From Diplonema japonicum (lineage: Eukaryota > Protista > Euglenozoa: Diplonemea): a DNA stretch of 64,000 bases. This document shows positions 22,329 to 33,961 of this stretch, in pieces. How positions within the stretch are numbered: the stretch's first letter is position 1; every line of letters starts with the position of its first letter. Location of the stretch: the NCBI GenBank assembly GCA_964019335.1, contig OZ025653.1:813311-877310 (forward strand), read 5' to 3'. The notes under the pieces are model-generated. The model was given only the letters and a program-made list of their open reading frames with translations. It was not told the DNA's origin and searched no databases. Made by a program: the position numbers and the translations under genes.

Positions 22329-25300
22329 ATGTTCACAGAACAGCACAAAAATGCCGCAGAAAATAATATCGTTGTTCCAGCAGCTGCATTCGTCAAGCGC
22401 AAGGAGAGTAGCCATCACACGGTGGTGAACGGTAACAGTGGCGGTAGCGACGCTGCAAAGGTAAAACTTGAAGGTGAGTACTGTACTCATATCTTGAAAG
22501 AAGAAGGTGATAGCTGGCGGTTGGGGGCGCACGAGTTGAAATGGAGCCCATGCAGCATAATGGTTAGCCACAATGACAAGTGGCAGGTGTTCGACAGGCG
22601 CGCAGGCATTAGTTTCTTAGAGTCTTCTGACGGCATGTCATGGTACAGGGTCACAGAAGTAGCTGCAGTCTTTCCGATGGCCTTTGAAAGTGTGCATCTA
22701 CCGTCCGAAACGACGGTACTTCATTTCAGTAATGCAGTTCTTCGTGGTTCTGAAGGAGAGTTTGCCATTGAGATGTGTGATTCGTTGTATCTGGCTGATC
22801 TTCCTGACTGTTGCACACAGTGCACTCTGACGTCCACATCCAAGTTGCTGACTGTGCAGACACCTGTGTGCGACTATGTGGTGGGTAGTGCTTCTCTTGA
22901 AAAAACAATGATGGGCTGGCACATGCATGTCATTTCTGAAGGGAGAAACGAGCACACACCTCCACGCAGGCTCACGAAATGTCTTTCTGAGGTCGTCATC
23001 GACATCGAAGAGAATTACCTCTTCATTGAGGTCCCGTCACTGCCCTGCTTAACAGGATGGTGCAAGCAGGTGGCCAGAGATCTCTGGACGTCTCAGACTC
23101 ACATTGGTTGGTGGTGGTACACGCCTGGCAGTGGTCGCGGTGGCTGGCGGTCGGCGTTGACAGTAAAATGTAAACCGTACCAAGCGGAATGGTCGGGAAT
23201 GCAGGTTAGCAAGTTCACGCAATCCAGAAAAACACTTTTAATGAAGAAGACAGCGCTGAAGGAACTAAGCAACGAACTCGTGCGTTCGTGGAAGACAACA
23301 CACACCCTAGAAGATGACATTGCGGGCTTCATCGAAGTTGAGAACTGTCCAGAAATGCAAAGCACACTTTACACCAGGTGCACCGATTTGTGGTTTAACT
23401 CCTCCGTCACTGCGGGCGATTTCCCTGAAAAAAGATGGCCTGCTCTGCTGTGCGCGTTGTGGGCAGAGATGGTGTTAGCGGCCTTTAAAACAAAGCCTGT
23501 TGATCTGTTTGCACCTTGCACAAGAAACGATCTAGTTACGTGTGAAACCACTCCCTCTGTTGGATGGTGCCTGCCGATCGAGGCATCTGCTTCTATGCAT
23601 CGTACAACTGGATTCCGCTTGAAGAATGTCACGGCAGTCACTATCGGGTCCCAGTGCTTCATACCACCCTTCACCGTGTTCACAGTCGGCGCCATTACTC
23701 GACATAAAGCGAGAACAGTTGTCGAGTTGCACTCAGCGGGGAATCTGCGAAAGCCAAGCTCCTTGTTTTCCCAGATATGCCTTCAAGAAAGCAGTGATAT
23801 CTTGTTGCAGCGGGCACACGCACACACGGGACTCACAACGAAAAGCGAAAGCTGCAGCCAACTCAGCATCGGTCAACTCCTTGATACGGAAGAGCACGAG
23901 AACGAAGTACGTGCGGAACCAGCAACAGTACGGACAATTTCAGCTCTCGCAAAAGCAGCGGTTAAATCGTTGAAATCAAGACGTGTGCACCCCCAGTACG
24001 CCATCCGCACCTCTGCAGCACGAACACGTCTCCTCACAAACACCATTCGTGACAAGTGGCGATTGCTTCGTTCCGTGTGCCGTCTTCTTTCAAAGATAAG
24101 AACGTGGGCCACAAGGGCTCGTGTCACAGCTTCTGCGACAGCCATTTCGCATTACTACATGCGAACATCCTTGTTTAATAGAGTTGGGGGTCTCATCAAC
24201 AGGGGCCGTGCTGCCTGCTGGCTGCAACGCATTGGACGTGCCTTGAAAAGCAGGAAGTGGCTCTTCCAGCAAGTGCTGGTCAGAAAGGCTTTGCAGCGTG
24301 CACACAATGCTCTTCTTTGGGGGTGTTTCTGCAAATGGAGACTTTTTTTGTGGAAGGTTTCTGCCGATGCAGTCGCGCGATTTGTTGTCTGCAGAACACG
24401 TGCTTTGTGGTTGTCGAAAGTGTGCTGCGCTAGAAACATATTGACTTCAAAACGAAGAGAACGCACCCAAGCAGCTTGTTGCATCCAGTTACATTGGAGA
24501 AGATACATGAGTAAGAAACAGCGAGACCATGCTGTACTGATCCTCCAAACCTATTGGAAGAGGCACCGATCTAGGAAAAATGCCCGGTGCAAAGCGAATG
24601 CCCAAAGTATCTTGAAGCGTTCATGGCTGTGCTACCAAGCAAGAATGAGGGCAAGCCAACTTTCGATTCAACGTAGTGTCTTGAAAGCCGAGGACAGTGC
24701 TCAGGCCAAAGTGGCGGAACACCGTGTTGCGGTTGCAATGCTAATCCGCTGCTGGCAGGATTACAAAATAAGACAACTCGCCTCCAAAACTGCCATCGAC
24801 AACCGGTGCAGCCTCGTACAAGTCTTCGGAAATGCGGCCTTGTCTAGGGGAGTAGCTATGAAGAAACGACAACGCCTTGCTGCGGCCACTGCCATCCAAA
24901 CTGCTTCTAGGAGGTGGTTGAAGTTGTTTACAGCGAGACGCTTGAGTGCTGCAGCACTCTTACAATGCGGATGGAGAGACTATAAGCTCCGTTCAGACGC
25001 AAGGGAACAGACTCGTCAGAAGCGCGCTATTCTGAAAATACGCCACTGGGAAGGTCTCGAGCATGAGGCAGCTACCCTGATACAGTCGGTATACAGGCGC
25101 TGGGCTGCACATACACAGTTCCTAGAGTTCCAATTACAAAGAACGGCAACAAAGGCAGAAAATCTCAATAGCGTGGTGCAAATAGAAGCAGCGCTAGTGC
25201 TGCAATCTTGGTGGCGGCAAAGACTCGCCCAAACACACTTACATCTGAAAAGGGAACACATACGTTTGTGTTCAGCTGCCACTCAGGTCCAAGCGGTATG

Positions 25301-25442
25301 GCGCGGCGGTCTCGGCAGGTCTTTTACAGCAGCACAACGGGAGAAGCAAGAAGCCTGGAAGATCCGAGCTTGTAATGCAGCTCAAGTAATCCAGACCTTC
25401 TGGAAGTGTTATAGTGATGTGTTCCTCGAAAATGGAATATAG
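22329..25442 (+). CDS. IQ-motif (calmodulin-binding) repeat protein
   Basis: Repeated IQ-like motifs AACCIQLHWRRY, AATLIQSVYRRW, AATQVQAVWRG, AAQVIQTFWK in the C-terminal half. Confidence 0.75.
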   Translation: MFTEQHKNAAENNIVVPAAAFVKRKESSHHTVVNGNSGGSDAAKVKLEGEYCTHILKEEGDSWRLGAHELKWSPCSIMVSHNDKWQVFDRRAGISFLESSDGMSWYRVTEVAAVFPMAFESVHLPSETTVLHFSNAVLRGSEGEFAIEMCDSLYLADLPDCCTQCTLTSTSKLLTVQTPVCDYVVGSASLEKTMMGWHMHVISEGRNEHTPPRRLTKCLSEVVIDIEENYLFIEVPSLPCLTGWCKQVARDLWTSQTHIGWWWYTPGSGRGGWRSALTVKCKPYQAEWSGMQVSKFTQSRKTLLMKKTALKELSNELVRSWKTTHTLEDDIAGFIEVENCPEMQSTLYTRCTDLWFNSSVTAGDFPEKRWPALLCALWAEMVLAAFKTKPVDLFAPCTRNDLVTCETTPSVGWCLPIEASASMHRTTGFRLKNVTAVTIGSQCFIPPFTVFTVGAITRHKARTVVELHSAGNLRKPSSLFSQICLQESSDILLQRAHAHTGLTTKSESCSQLSIGQLLDTEEHENEVRAEPATVRTISALAKAAVKSLKSRRVHPQYAIRTSAARTRLLTNTIRDKWRLLRSVCRLLSKIRTWATRARVTASATAISHYYMRTSLFNRVGGLINRGRAACWLQRIGRALKSRKWLFQQVLVRKALQRAHNALLWGCFCKWRLFLWKVSADAVARFVVCRTRALWLSKVCCARNILTSKRRERTQAACCIQLHWRRYMSKKQRDHAVLILQTYWKRHRSRKNARCKANAQSILKRSWLCYQARMRASQLSIQRSVLKAEDSAQAKVAEHRVAVAMLIRCWQDYKIRQLASKTAIDNRCSLVQVFGNAALSRGVAMKKRQRLAAATAIQTASRRWLKLFTARRLSAAALLQCGWRDYKLRSDAREQTRQKRAILKIRHWEGLEHEAATLIQSVYRRWAAHTQFLEFQLQRTATKAENLNSVVQIEAALVLQSWWRQRLAQTHLHLKREHIRLCSAATQVQAVWRGGLGRSFTAAQREKQEAWKIRACNAAQVIQTFWKCYSDVFLENGI

Positions 25443-25542
25443 CACACTGCACTGTTCTTTATGGCCAGTAGTTTTTTGTGTACTTCCTTCTTAACCAGTA
25501 CTTTCGATTCTCTTTGTGCCTCTTCCTCAACACACCACAGAC

Positions 25543-28500
25543 ATGTCTAGATATACGAGCGAAACATGGCATAGTGATCCTGAAGCAAGAAACTGGAAGC
25601 TCAATGCTCTCAAAGAACAGGTCCTAAAATTAAAAAAAGAACGCGAAATAGACGGCCGTGACACACATGCAGGAGCGGGGACGGGGAGGCAAACTAAAGT
25701 TAGCAACCAGGGGAAGTACTCTGAACCTTTTCGGAAAATAATTACCGAACTTGAAGAAGAAGTAAAGCTCTTAAAGGTTCAAGTGATCACGAAAAACCAG
25801 ACACTGCATGACCTGGAAGACATCATAAAAAGCCATCAGAAAGAAAGCCGTGGTCTTGCGAGCAAGACACAACGGGAACAGGCGGTCTTGCAAGCAGCTC
25901 TCGACCAACGTGATGTTGAGGTGCAGAGGTTAGAAACGCAGCTGGAAAGCGCAGTAGTGTTGAAAGAAGAATGTGAGGAGTCAGTGGCGCTGATGCAGCA
26001 GTTCGTAGAGGAGAAGGACAAGACGATCAACTTGCTGAAAATGAAGTTAGAAGACGAGGTTGACAAGCTAGAGGCAGTGCGCCTGGAGGACATCGGGACG
26101 GCCAATGAGGAGATGAGGATGTTGAAAAGGAGAGTGAGTGAGTATGTCACAAACATAAGTCATACAAATGCAGCTCACGGTCTGAACACGAAGACACAAG
26201 AAGAACAGTGTCACAGCTCAAGAAGGCCTTGCGGGACGCCCAGCAAAGGTGCGCATTCATGATTTGAGATTAAACAACACAGCCATGCCTTGGAAATACG
26301 CGAGCTGAAAATGCAGGCGGCGGGCGCCGTGACTAATGCCGCTGCAACACTCCAAGCGGAGTTAGATAATTGTCATTTGGAACAAGGGAAACTGAAACAA
26401 GAAAAAGATTTCTTAGAAACTAAGTTTCAGAGAAGTCTAGACCGTCAGACAGCAACTCTGGAAGCAGAGCACACCGAAGCCTGCACTGCATATGAAAAGC
26501 AGGTATCACACACGAAGGACGACAAGTCGACAGATACACGACCTTCAAGAAGACATCAAGACAAGCGAAAAAATAAACAAGGAGTTGCAGCACAGTCATG
26601 CCCAGCAAGCTGACGTGATTGCTAGGCAGGTTTGTCACAACAACTGAAAGACCTGCACAGACTGCCGAGCTGGACGAAGCTGATGCCCACGCAGAGCTGA
26701 TCGGTGATTCTGACAAGAGGATCGAAAGCCTTCAGAAGAAATTCGAAGCAGAGATCCAGCGTGTTGAGAGGAAAGTGACACGTATCGAGCAAGAGGTATC
26801 CACAAAAGTTGCTACGACAACATAACTGCAGCGCGACGAAGTAATAGCCAGGCTCAAGGATGTTTCGCAAGAGGTTGCGGATTTTAATGAAAGCAAAGAA
26901 AGTCTTATGAGAGACCTTCAGGCCATCGAACAAGCCAACTCACTGCTCAATCTTGAGACTGCAGAGTTGGAAAAAACAGTTAATGAACTAAGGACTGAGG
27001 TTGATGAAAAAATTGAACAAAACAGGACTCTACAAGTATGTGCAAACAATTTAACGAACAATCACGGCGATAGATGCGGCACAAGGAACTCGACCTCCTC
27101 ATCGCGGACAAGAGCGAAGAAGTAGAAGTTCTTAAAAAAGAGCTGGAGCAAGCGCTTGCAATGGGAACCGAGTTGGAAGCTACCAGCGATATGATGCATG
27201 TGAGCAGCAAGAGACAAGAGGAGAGGTTGCTACAAAAGGAGGCCGCGCACTCAGAAATGGCAGAGCGCTGTAGGGTATGCACGAGATTAGATGGATTATG
27301 GCACAATTACAAACAGAACCAAGAGCAACTGACTCAAGAACTCAGCAATAAAGTGTACCATCTCATGAACACGTTGGAGGAAAAGGCCGCACAGATCGAG
27401 AGACTCGAAGCCATGTTGGAAGCCCAACAAAAGGTTGTCGACGTGGAATGCATGGTATACCATGACAAGGAACGGCTCAGCAGGGAGAACATGAGTAAAC
27501 TGCAAGCTGAGGTGCGTGAAGTCACTCATGGCAAGTTACAGCAGGAGCAACAGATTACTTTACTACGAAAAGATCTGCAGAATGCAGAATCAGAAACTGC
27601 GGCATTGCAAGAACGCCTTTCTCTGATTCCGGAAATGCAAGCTGATAAAACAAGTCTCTTTGCTAAGTACGCAGAACTGGAGGACAAGCTGGCTTGCGAG
27701 CAGGACACAGTCAAGTCGTTGAGGAGAGTCATTCACGAGAAAGAGGCTGCCATTGCAAGTGCAGGCAACCAAATGCAGAACACAAAAGAATCTTATGAGG
27801 AAGCTCTTGAGCAAGTACAAATAGGAGAAGCTGCACGTGATGTGCTCATGTCACTGCTCACGAACTCATTAAACAAGCAGCACGACAGCATCTCATCGTT
27901 CAATGCAATGAGCATGCATTCCCTTGCTACACAGTGTGTGTACAGAGTAGAAGAATTAGCGAGAAGTCTAACAGAGGCAATGAAACTCAACGATTACTTA
28001 ACATCTGTCAGGAAGCACGTGATCGACAGATGGAACAAACTCAGCACCGAAGTGCAGCTCGCTTTAGACAATGAGCAAGTCCTCCGTGACGAAGAGGAGC
28101 CGTCCTTAGGAAGGGATACCGACGTGGCTGCTGATCGGGTGCAGTGGAACGCTGTTAAGACGAAGATGCTCAAAGCTGTCAATCTACTTGAAAAAGCTGT
28201 GGTTTCGCAGCAAACAATCGAATCCCTAAAAATAGAAAAGGAGAGTCTCGAAGATCTGGTGGAGGAGCGTAGCGATTGGAAAGAAACATTCCTCACCGAA
28301 ACAAGACAGGCTACTGTGCAAGGTATTGCAACGGCATACAAACATGTTATGGAGATCAGCAAGGCTGCTTCAAACGTGAAACGTAAGCTTCGAAAAGACG
28401 CGCCACCTGAGTGTGAGGAGGTAACTGAACACGTTTCACAGACAAAAACCTTGCTTACTAAGACAATAGCCTCTTGCTTTACAGCAAAGGAAAAAGTTTC

Positions 28501-28564
28501 TTGCGGACTGACAGGGCACACGTTCGAGGTAAAGCGCAGAAAGTCTAGACCGACGGCAACATAA
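25543..28564 (+). CDS. Long coiled-coil protein, multi-exon
   Basis: Series of E/K/Q/L-rich heptad ORFs broken by short GT-AG introns; exact exon boundaries not all resolved. Confidence 0.7.
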
Positions 28565-28619
28565 CACGGTAATCTTCTAGTAATAGTGCTTCAGTTCCTC
28601 ACTTTATAATCATACAGGA

Positions 28620-30038
28620 ATGGATGCACGTGGGGAGCTTGACCTACTGCGGTGGCATGGGGCAGCTGTATTGACCTGTTTGATTGTTCTCTCTTGTGCA
28701 GGCAAGCGGAACGACAATTTAGCACCTGAAGAACAAATTCAATTATCAACCTTTAAAAGGCAATATCTTCCTGCTTACCTCCTTGCAACGTTCTGTGACT
28801 GGATACAAGGCCCTTACCAGTTCAAAGTCTACCTGACATATGGCCTGACGGAAGAACAAATTGGGCGTCTGTACGTAGCAGGGTTCGGTTCCTCGCTCAC
28901 TCTAGGCACATATGTGGCTTCTCTTGCCGACTCACGGGGAAGGAAGATGGGATGTTTCTGGTACTGCATCACATGTGCCTTGAGCTGCCTCACGAAGAAT
29001 AGTTCGAGCTTCACGGTCCTTTTGCTAGGCAGGGTACTGGGTGGTGTTGCAGCGTCACTTCTCTTCTCAACCTTTGAGTCCTGGTGCGTAACTGAGGCGA
29101 GAAGGAAAGGGCTACCTTCAAACTGTTTGGCCTCTCTTTTTACGACAGCAAGCTTCCTGAATGGGTTGGTTGCCATCATCGCATCGCTGTTCGGGCACGC
29201 GCTCGTTGTGCTCAGCTCTGGTGATGTTGTCACTCCCTTCAACGCAGTGCCGTTGATCCTTGTGGCTTGTGCCAGTATCATGTTCTACAAATGGGACGAA
29301 AATTATGGCGAGCGTGAAGCCGATGGCACTGGGACCAGCACTTTGGCACAAGGGTTGTCTTTTATGTTCTCCGAGCCGAAGCTCCCGCTGCTAGGGCTGA
29401 TCGGATCGCTTTTTGATGCCGCGTTGTACATTTTTATTTTCCTATGGACCTTGTCCCTCGAGAAGCGTTCTGCAGACCCCACTAGCATCCCGTATGGCAT
29501 TGCATTCGCCCTCTTTATGGGTTGGTGCATGATTGGTGCATTGATGTGCCAACTGTTTTTGTCTTCGACACAAAACAGTGTCACACTGAATGCGGCAAGG
29601 CTACTGATGTTGTTGTTATTGCTTGCCTGCACAGGTTTATGGCCGTGTTTAAGCCCTTACTCCTCGTATTCTGCTGTGTTCAATGGGTTCTGCCTTCTTG
29701 AGTTTGCTTTTGGTGCTTACTCGCCAGTAATAGCACTGCTCAGGGCCTGCCATCTTGATGATAAGCATCGGACTTCGGTGACAGCACTGTACAGAACACC
29801 CACGAACCTGTCTGTGTGCCTTGTCTTGTTCTACGCTGGGAGTATTCCTGAGGCCATGGAGATCGGCCTGTGCATCCTCTTGCTCGTGACAGCCTTTCTC
29901 GCTAATGTGATGTTCCTCTACGTTGGTGGAGGAACTGTCAAGGAGGAGCCCAATGCTGTCGAGCAAGTTGAAGAACCTCTGAAATCACGAGAAAAAGTCA
30001 AAGCACGGAGCCCGCAGGGCAACATGGTGGAAGTATGA
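28620..30038 (+). CDS. MFSD5: Molybdate-anion transporter (MFSD5/MOT2 family)
   Basis: FKRQYLPAYLLATFCDWIQGPY, GFGSS, LADSRGRK, GRVLGGVAASLLFSTFESW, YIFIFLWT, YRTPTN. Confidence 0.92.
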   Translation: MDARGELDLLRWHGAAVLTCLIVLSCAGKRNDNLAPEEQIQLSTFKRQYLPAYLLATFCDWIQGPYQFKVYLTYGLTEEQIGRLYVAGFGSSLTLGTYVASLADSRGRKMGCFWYCITCALSCLTKNSSSFTVLLLGRVLGGVAASLLFSTFESWCVTEARRKGLPSNCLASLFTTASFLNGLVAIIASLFGHALVVLSSGDVVTPFNAVPLILVACASIMFYKWDENYGEREADGTGTSTLAQGLSFMFSEPKLPLLGLIGSLFDAALYIFIFLWTLSLEKRSADPTSIPYGIAFALFMGWCMIGALMCQLFLSSTQNSVTLNAARLLMLLLLLACTGLWPCLSPYSSYSAVFNGFCLLEFAFGAYSPVIALLRACHLDDKHRTSVTALYRTPTNLSVCLVLFYAGSIPEAMEIGLCILLLVTAFLANVMFLYVGGGTVKEEPNAVEQVEEPLKSREKVKARSPQGNMVEV

Positions 30039-30664
30039 ATGAACACTAACAGAACATATAAAAAGAAAACGAAGGGAACATAGAAGCACCTAATACGGTC
30101 ATGTGTATCTCTTAAGTAGAAACCTGCCTATAGTAACATAGTTTTCCACTTTCCCTTCTTCCTGCATCAGCCATAATTCCCTACAGGATTTCAATAAGAT
30201 TGCCACAAGGCCAAACATCATCACATTCTTGACTGTTTTGATATTCTGATCCGCAGTACTTCCCCAGGTGTGCCTTTGACAACACCACCAAACATAACAC
30301 AGAATTATCAAAGCGCTGAAATATCAAGATGGCTTCATGTGGACCTATTTTCAAGGCTACCCACTGAGGTGGGCTCCTTGCAATATTCTATAAAAGTTTA
30401 GTCTCAATCTTAACTAAATCTTTTCCACCAAACAGTTGCTTGCTTTGTCGCTAATAGCTCGCTGTTAGTTAAATCACACAAGCATCTCTCCCTGTAGCAG
30501 GTCATAGGAACAAGGAGCCTTTGTCCTCTACTCCACCATCATACATAGTCACCCCTTCCCATCCACATAAGCTTTTTTCCCCATTCTCTGTTTTTGTCTT
30601 TAAGTCCACCTTCTCCCCTCTCTTCCCTTTGTTCCGTTTTCTTTCTTTCCATTCTACCGCTGAG

Positions 30665-31504
30665 ATGATTGGGAGAAGTAAGGAACGTGTTGGCAAAAAG
30701 AAGAAGCCTCCTTTGGCTCCTCTTAGCACAGGCTTCGTGGAGGTATGGTTGTGCAACAAACAATTATCCTTCAGACACACAAACCGGTGCACCGTGTGAC
30801 CGATAGCGAAAAGGCTCTGGAATTCATCAGACCAGAGAGGACCATCTCTGGTTCACTGTCTCAGATCACACCATGGCTGTACTTGGGAAGTCTCTCCGAT
30901 GCGCTTGATAGAACTCTCCTCAAAAGCCACGGAATTGACTACATCCTCAACACAGCCAAGGAATGTGAATCGGGTGGTGAGTCGTCAAGTGAGTCATCTG
31001 GCGGCGAGAGCCCCGATGGCACATGCAAGTGGCCACAGTACCTTAAGCTTGATCTTGTAGACCACGCCGATGAAGCGATCTCAACTGTTTTCCAAAGAGC
31101 GTTCTCCTTCATCGAACATGCTAGGAGGGAGAAAAAGAAGGTAAGTTAGGGCATCACTGCCTGCCTGATGATACTTCCCAAATAAAACACAAGGTACTTG
31201 TTCACTGCCGCCGTGGTATCAGCCGCAGTGCGACGCTCGTGATCGCCTACTTAATGAAGTACAGCAATAAGCAGTTAGACGATGCCTTCAACTACGTCAG
31301 AGACAAGAGGTCCATCATCAACCCTAACCTTGGTTTTGTGTTGTCCTTGGAGACATTCGCACAGCAGCTGGGACATGCGCCGAAGTATGGAATGAATATC
31401 TTTTATTACAATAACACAGGTGCGATAGCATTCTGAACATGCCTGACGAACACGCGTTGTCGGGCATCACCCAGCTAGGGTTCAGTCAGCCTATTGAAGC
31501 ATAG
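30665..31504 (+). CDS. Dual-specificity protein phosphatase, 4 exons
   Basis: ITPWLYLGS; VLVHCRRGISRSATLVIAYLM catalytic motif after intron about 31141-31193; INPNLGF; last intron 31385-31419. Confidence 0.88.
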
Positions 31505-33082
31505 CACATTGCCTATGCAGAGTGGGAGATCGAGGACAGCAACCCATCGCTGCTGTTCTCTCTTCCGTGCCGTACACCTTACCTCTTTCTTTCCTCTTCC
31601 CCTCGCCGCCCCCTGTTTCATACTTTTTGCACGTTCACTTGTCGTTTGTATGTATGCCTTGCCTGCTTGCTGTTGCATTACTTGCTGAGCGGTGCCAGCT
31701 TCCTACGTGGTGTGACCTTGAACGTGGCCTCAGTAGTTCGGGTGTTTACCCAACCTACCTACCCTACCCAGACCACAGACCACCTATGGCCTGCAACCTC
31801 CGTCTCAGCAAGCTGCTAGTGCAACAGCAACAGGTCGTCTTTTAAATGCACTCTTTCAATTTAACTCATCCCTTCATTTCCACCTTAACTTTTTGAGGCC
31901 CTGACAACTTAGCCTGCCTGAGGCTCTTTAATAACACGTATCAATGTTCCAAATTTGTGCTTAGACCTTAGTTACCCGTGTGACCTAACATTAAATTCGC
32001 GAGTCTGGCGTGAGTTAAATTGAAAAAGTGTATTGAAAATACGACTTTCCCTTGTTTACCCGTCCTTTTATTTTCTCCCCTCTTTTTTCTCACAAATGAA
32101 AAAAAAAGAAAAAAAAAAAATAGTACCACGCACTTACCACGCGCGCAGGGATAGGTTTGGGCATCTGTTCCTGTTGTAAATGTAATTCAAACGACAATCC
32201 CTTTTACCCTCCTCCCGGACCCCTGTCTCGTTGCAAGCCGAACATCTCCTTTCCCAGGCTTTAGTTGATAGCATCTGTGGAAGGTACAAAACAATGAATA
32301 CTACGCCTTGTTCCTTCCTATCCTTAAGGAAACAGGCTTCAGGGCACATCAGAAGAGCACCGCTGGGCAAGGTCACTGTGGCATTGTCTGAAGTGATGGC
32401 TCTGCTTTTGAAACTTTGGGTCTACTTACAAACGAACAAGAAAAAGAAGAAGAAAAATGAGCGAATAAAAAAAAAGAAAGAAATCATATCCCCTTTTCTT
32501 TGCTCTCCCTCCTTCTCACCCCCGTTTTTTTTCTTCTTTTTTCTTCCTCTCCATGTGTCCCAGAGGAATAAGGGCCCTTTCAAAGCCACTACCTAGGGTC
32601 CCCTGCCCACCAGATTGGTAACTGTTGGGACACCACGATTATCTGCTCCATCATAATGTTTATTGCATCGCTGCCTTACCGCTCTTCCATTTTTTTATAG
32701 CAACTGGTCGACCCACCTACGCCTGTGCGCCTTGGTGGTACGCCGTGCCTATCCTTGCTCTCGTCCAGGCTTTTAGCTTCTACAATGGAGATGGGAGCAG
32801 CATGTTGGGTAACTCTTTATGCCACAGCAACCTGCTTGTGCGCAGGGCTGGGTTTAGAAAGAAAAGTAGTTAGAGTTCCTGACAAACAGGACAACATTTT
32901 TGAGAGCTGTAAAATAAGAAATGAACCTTCCCTCCCTCCCCACCACCTTATTTCGTGATGAGTACTTTGGCATGGACCGCAGCCCGCAGTTGCAATTGCG
33001 GACAACACGCCTCAGCACCATTGCTGTCTACCCACAAGACTTGTTTTCATTTGCTCGCGTTCACCGCCATGGCACCATAGCG

Positions 33083-33871
33083 ATGACACACACAAAAGAT
33101 GTTACCGAGAGCGTGATGGAGCTGCTCATGACAGAAACTGCGTACCACTACGCCGCTCTGAAACCAGACAAGGCAGACATGTACCACTCCCTGGACTCCC
33201 TAGGTTTCAGAGTAGGTACTGCTATAATGGAGCGAATGATGAAAGATAAGCAGCTAATGTCTCTACAAGGTGAACGACCAACAGAAGCTGTGAAGCTAAT
33301 ATGTAGAGACTTTTGGTCGTTGGCGTTCAAGAAGCAAACAGACGGGCTGAAAATGAACAAGCAGGGGGTATGGCTGTTGTTACATTCAACATACCACTAC
33401 AGACTTATATTTTGAAGGATAAAAATTTTAATTTACTCAAGCACGTTACACACCAAAAAGAAGAAATCTACCAACCGGGCATGAGGGGCACCTTGGCAAG
33501 TGAAATCACGGTTGATGATAAGAAATTCACCCCCGGTACTAAAATAGTTATTACCAAAATTGTTAGTGCCAAAGTCGGGGCAGAAGTAGTTGAATGTTCT
33601 GTGGATGGGTGTGTGACAACTCTTGGAGCAGGCTCCTTTGAAGTGGTATGTTACTGTTGCCGCTGCATAGCATACACAGGACTCGCCGCCCCACATCAAC
33701 CCTGAGCATCTCCTATACATCCCAGCGGGCATGCTGCGCGGTGCTCTCTACGCCATTGGCGTCGCTGCGTCGGTATGGCAGTAACTAGACACCACACCAC
33801 ACACCACACAGGTGAAGCCGCAAGTTGTCGATCGCGTCGTTGAATTTACAGTTGCGACGAACAAGAGTTAG
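33083..33871 (+). CDS. TRAPPC6: TRAPP complex subunit 6 (Trs33/Bet3 family), multi-exon
   Basis: LDSLGFRVG, VKLICRDFWSLAFKKQTDGLKMNKQG, YILKD, PAGMLRGALYAIG. Confidence 0.85.
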
Positions 33872-33961
33872 ATTGTAGTAGGTGGTCTTTCCTATTTAAT
33901 GTTATCTTTCTCGAAACCAACGATTCATTAGAAACGAAGAAGAAATAGCAACGTTGCAACA

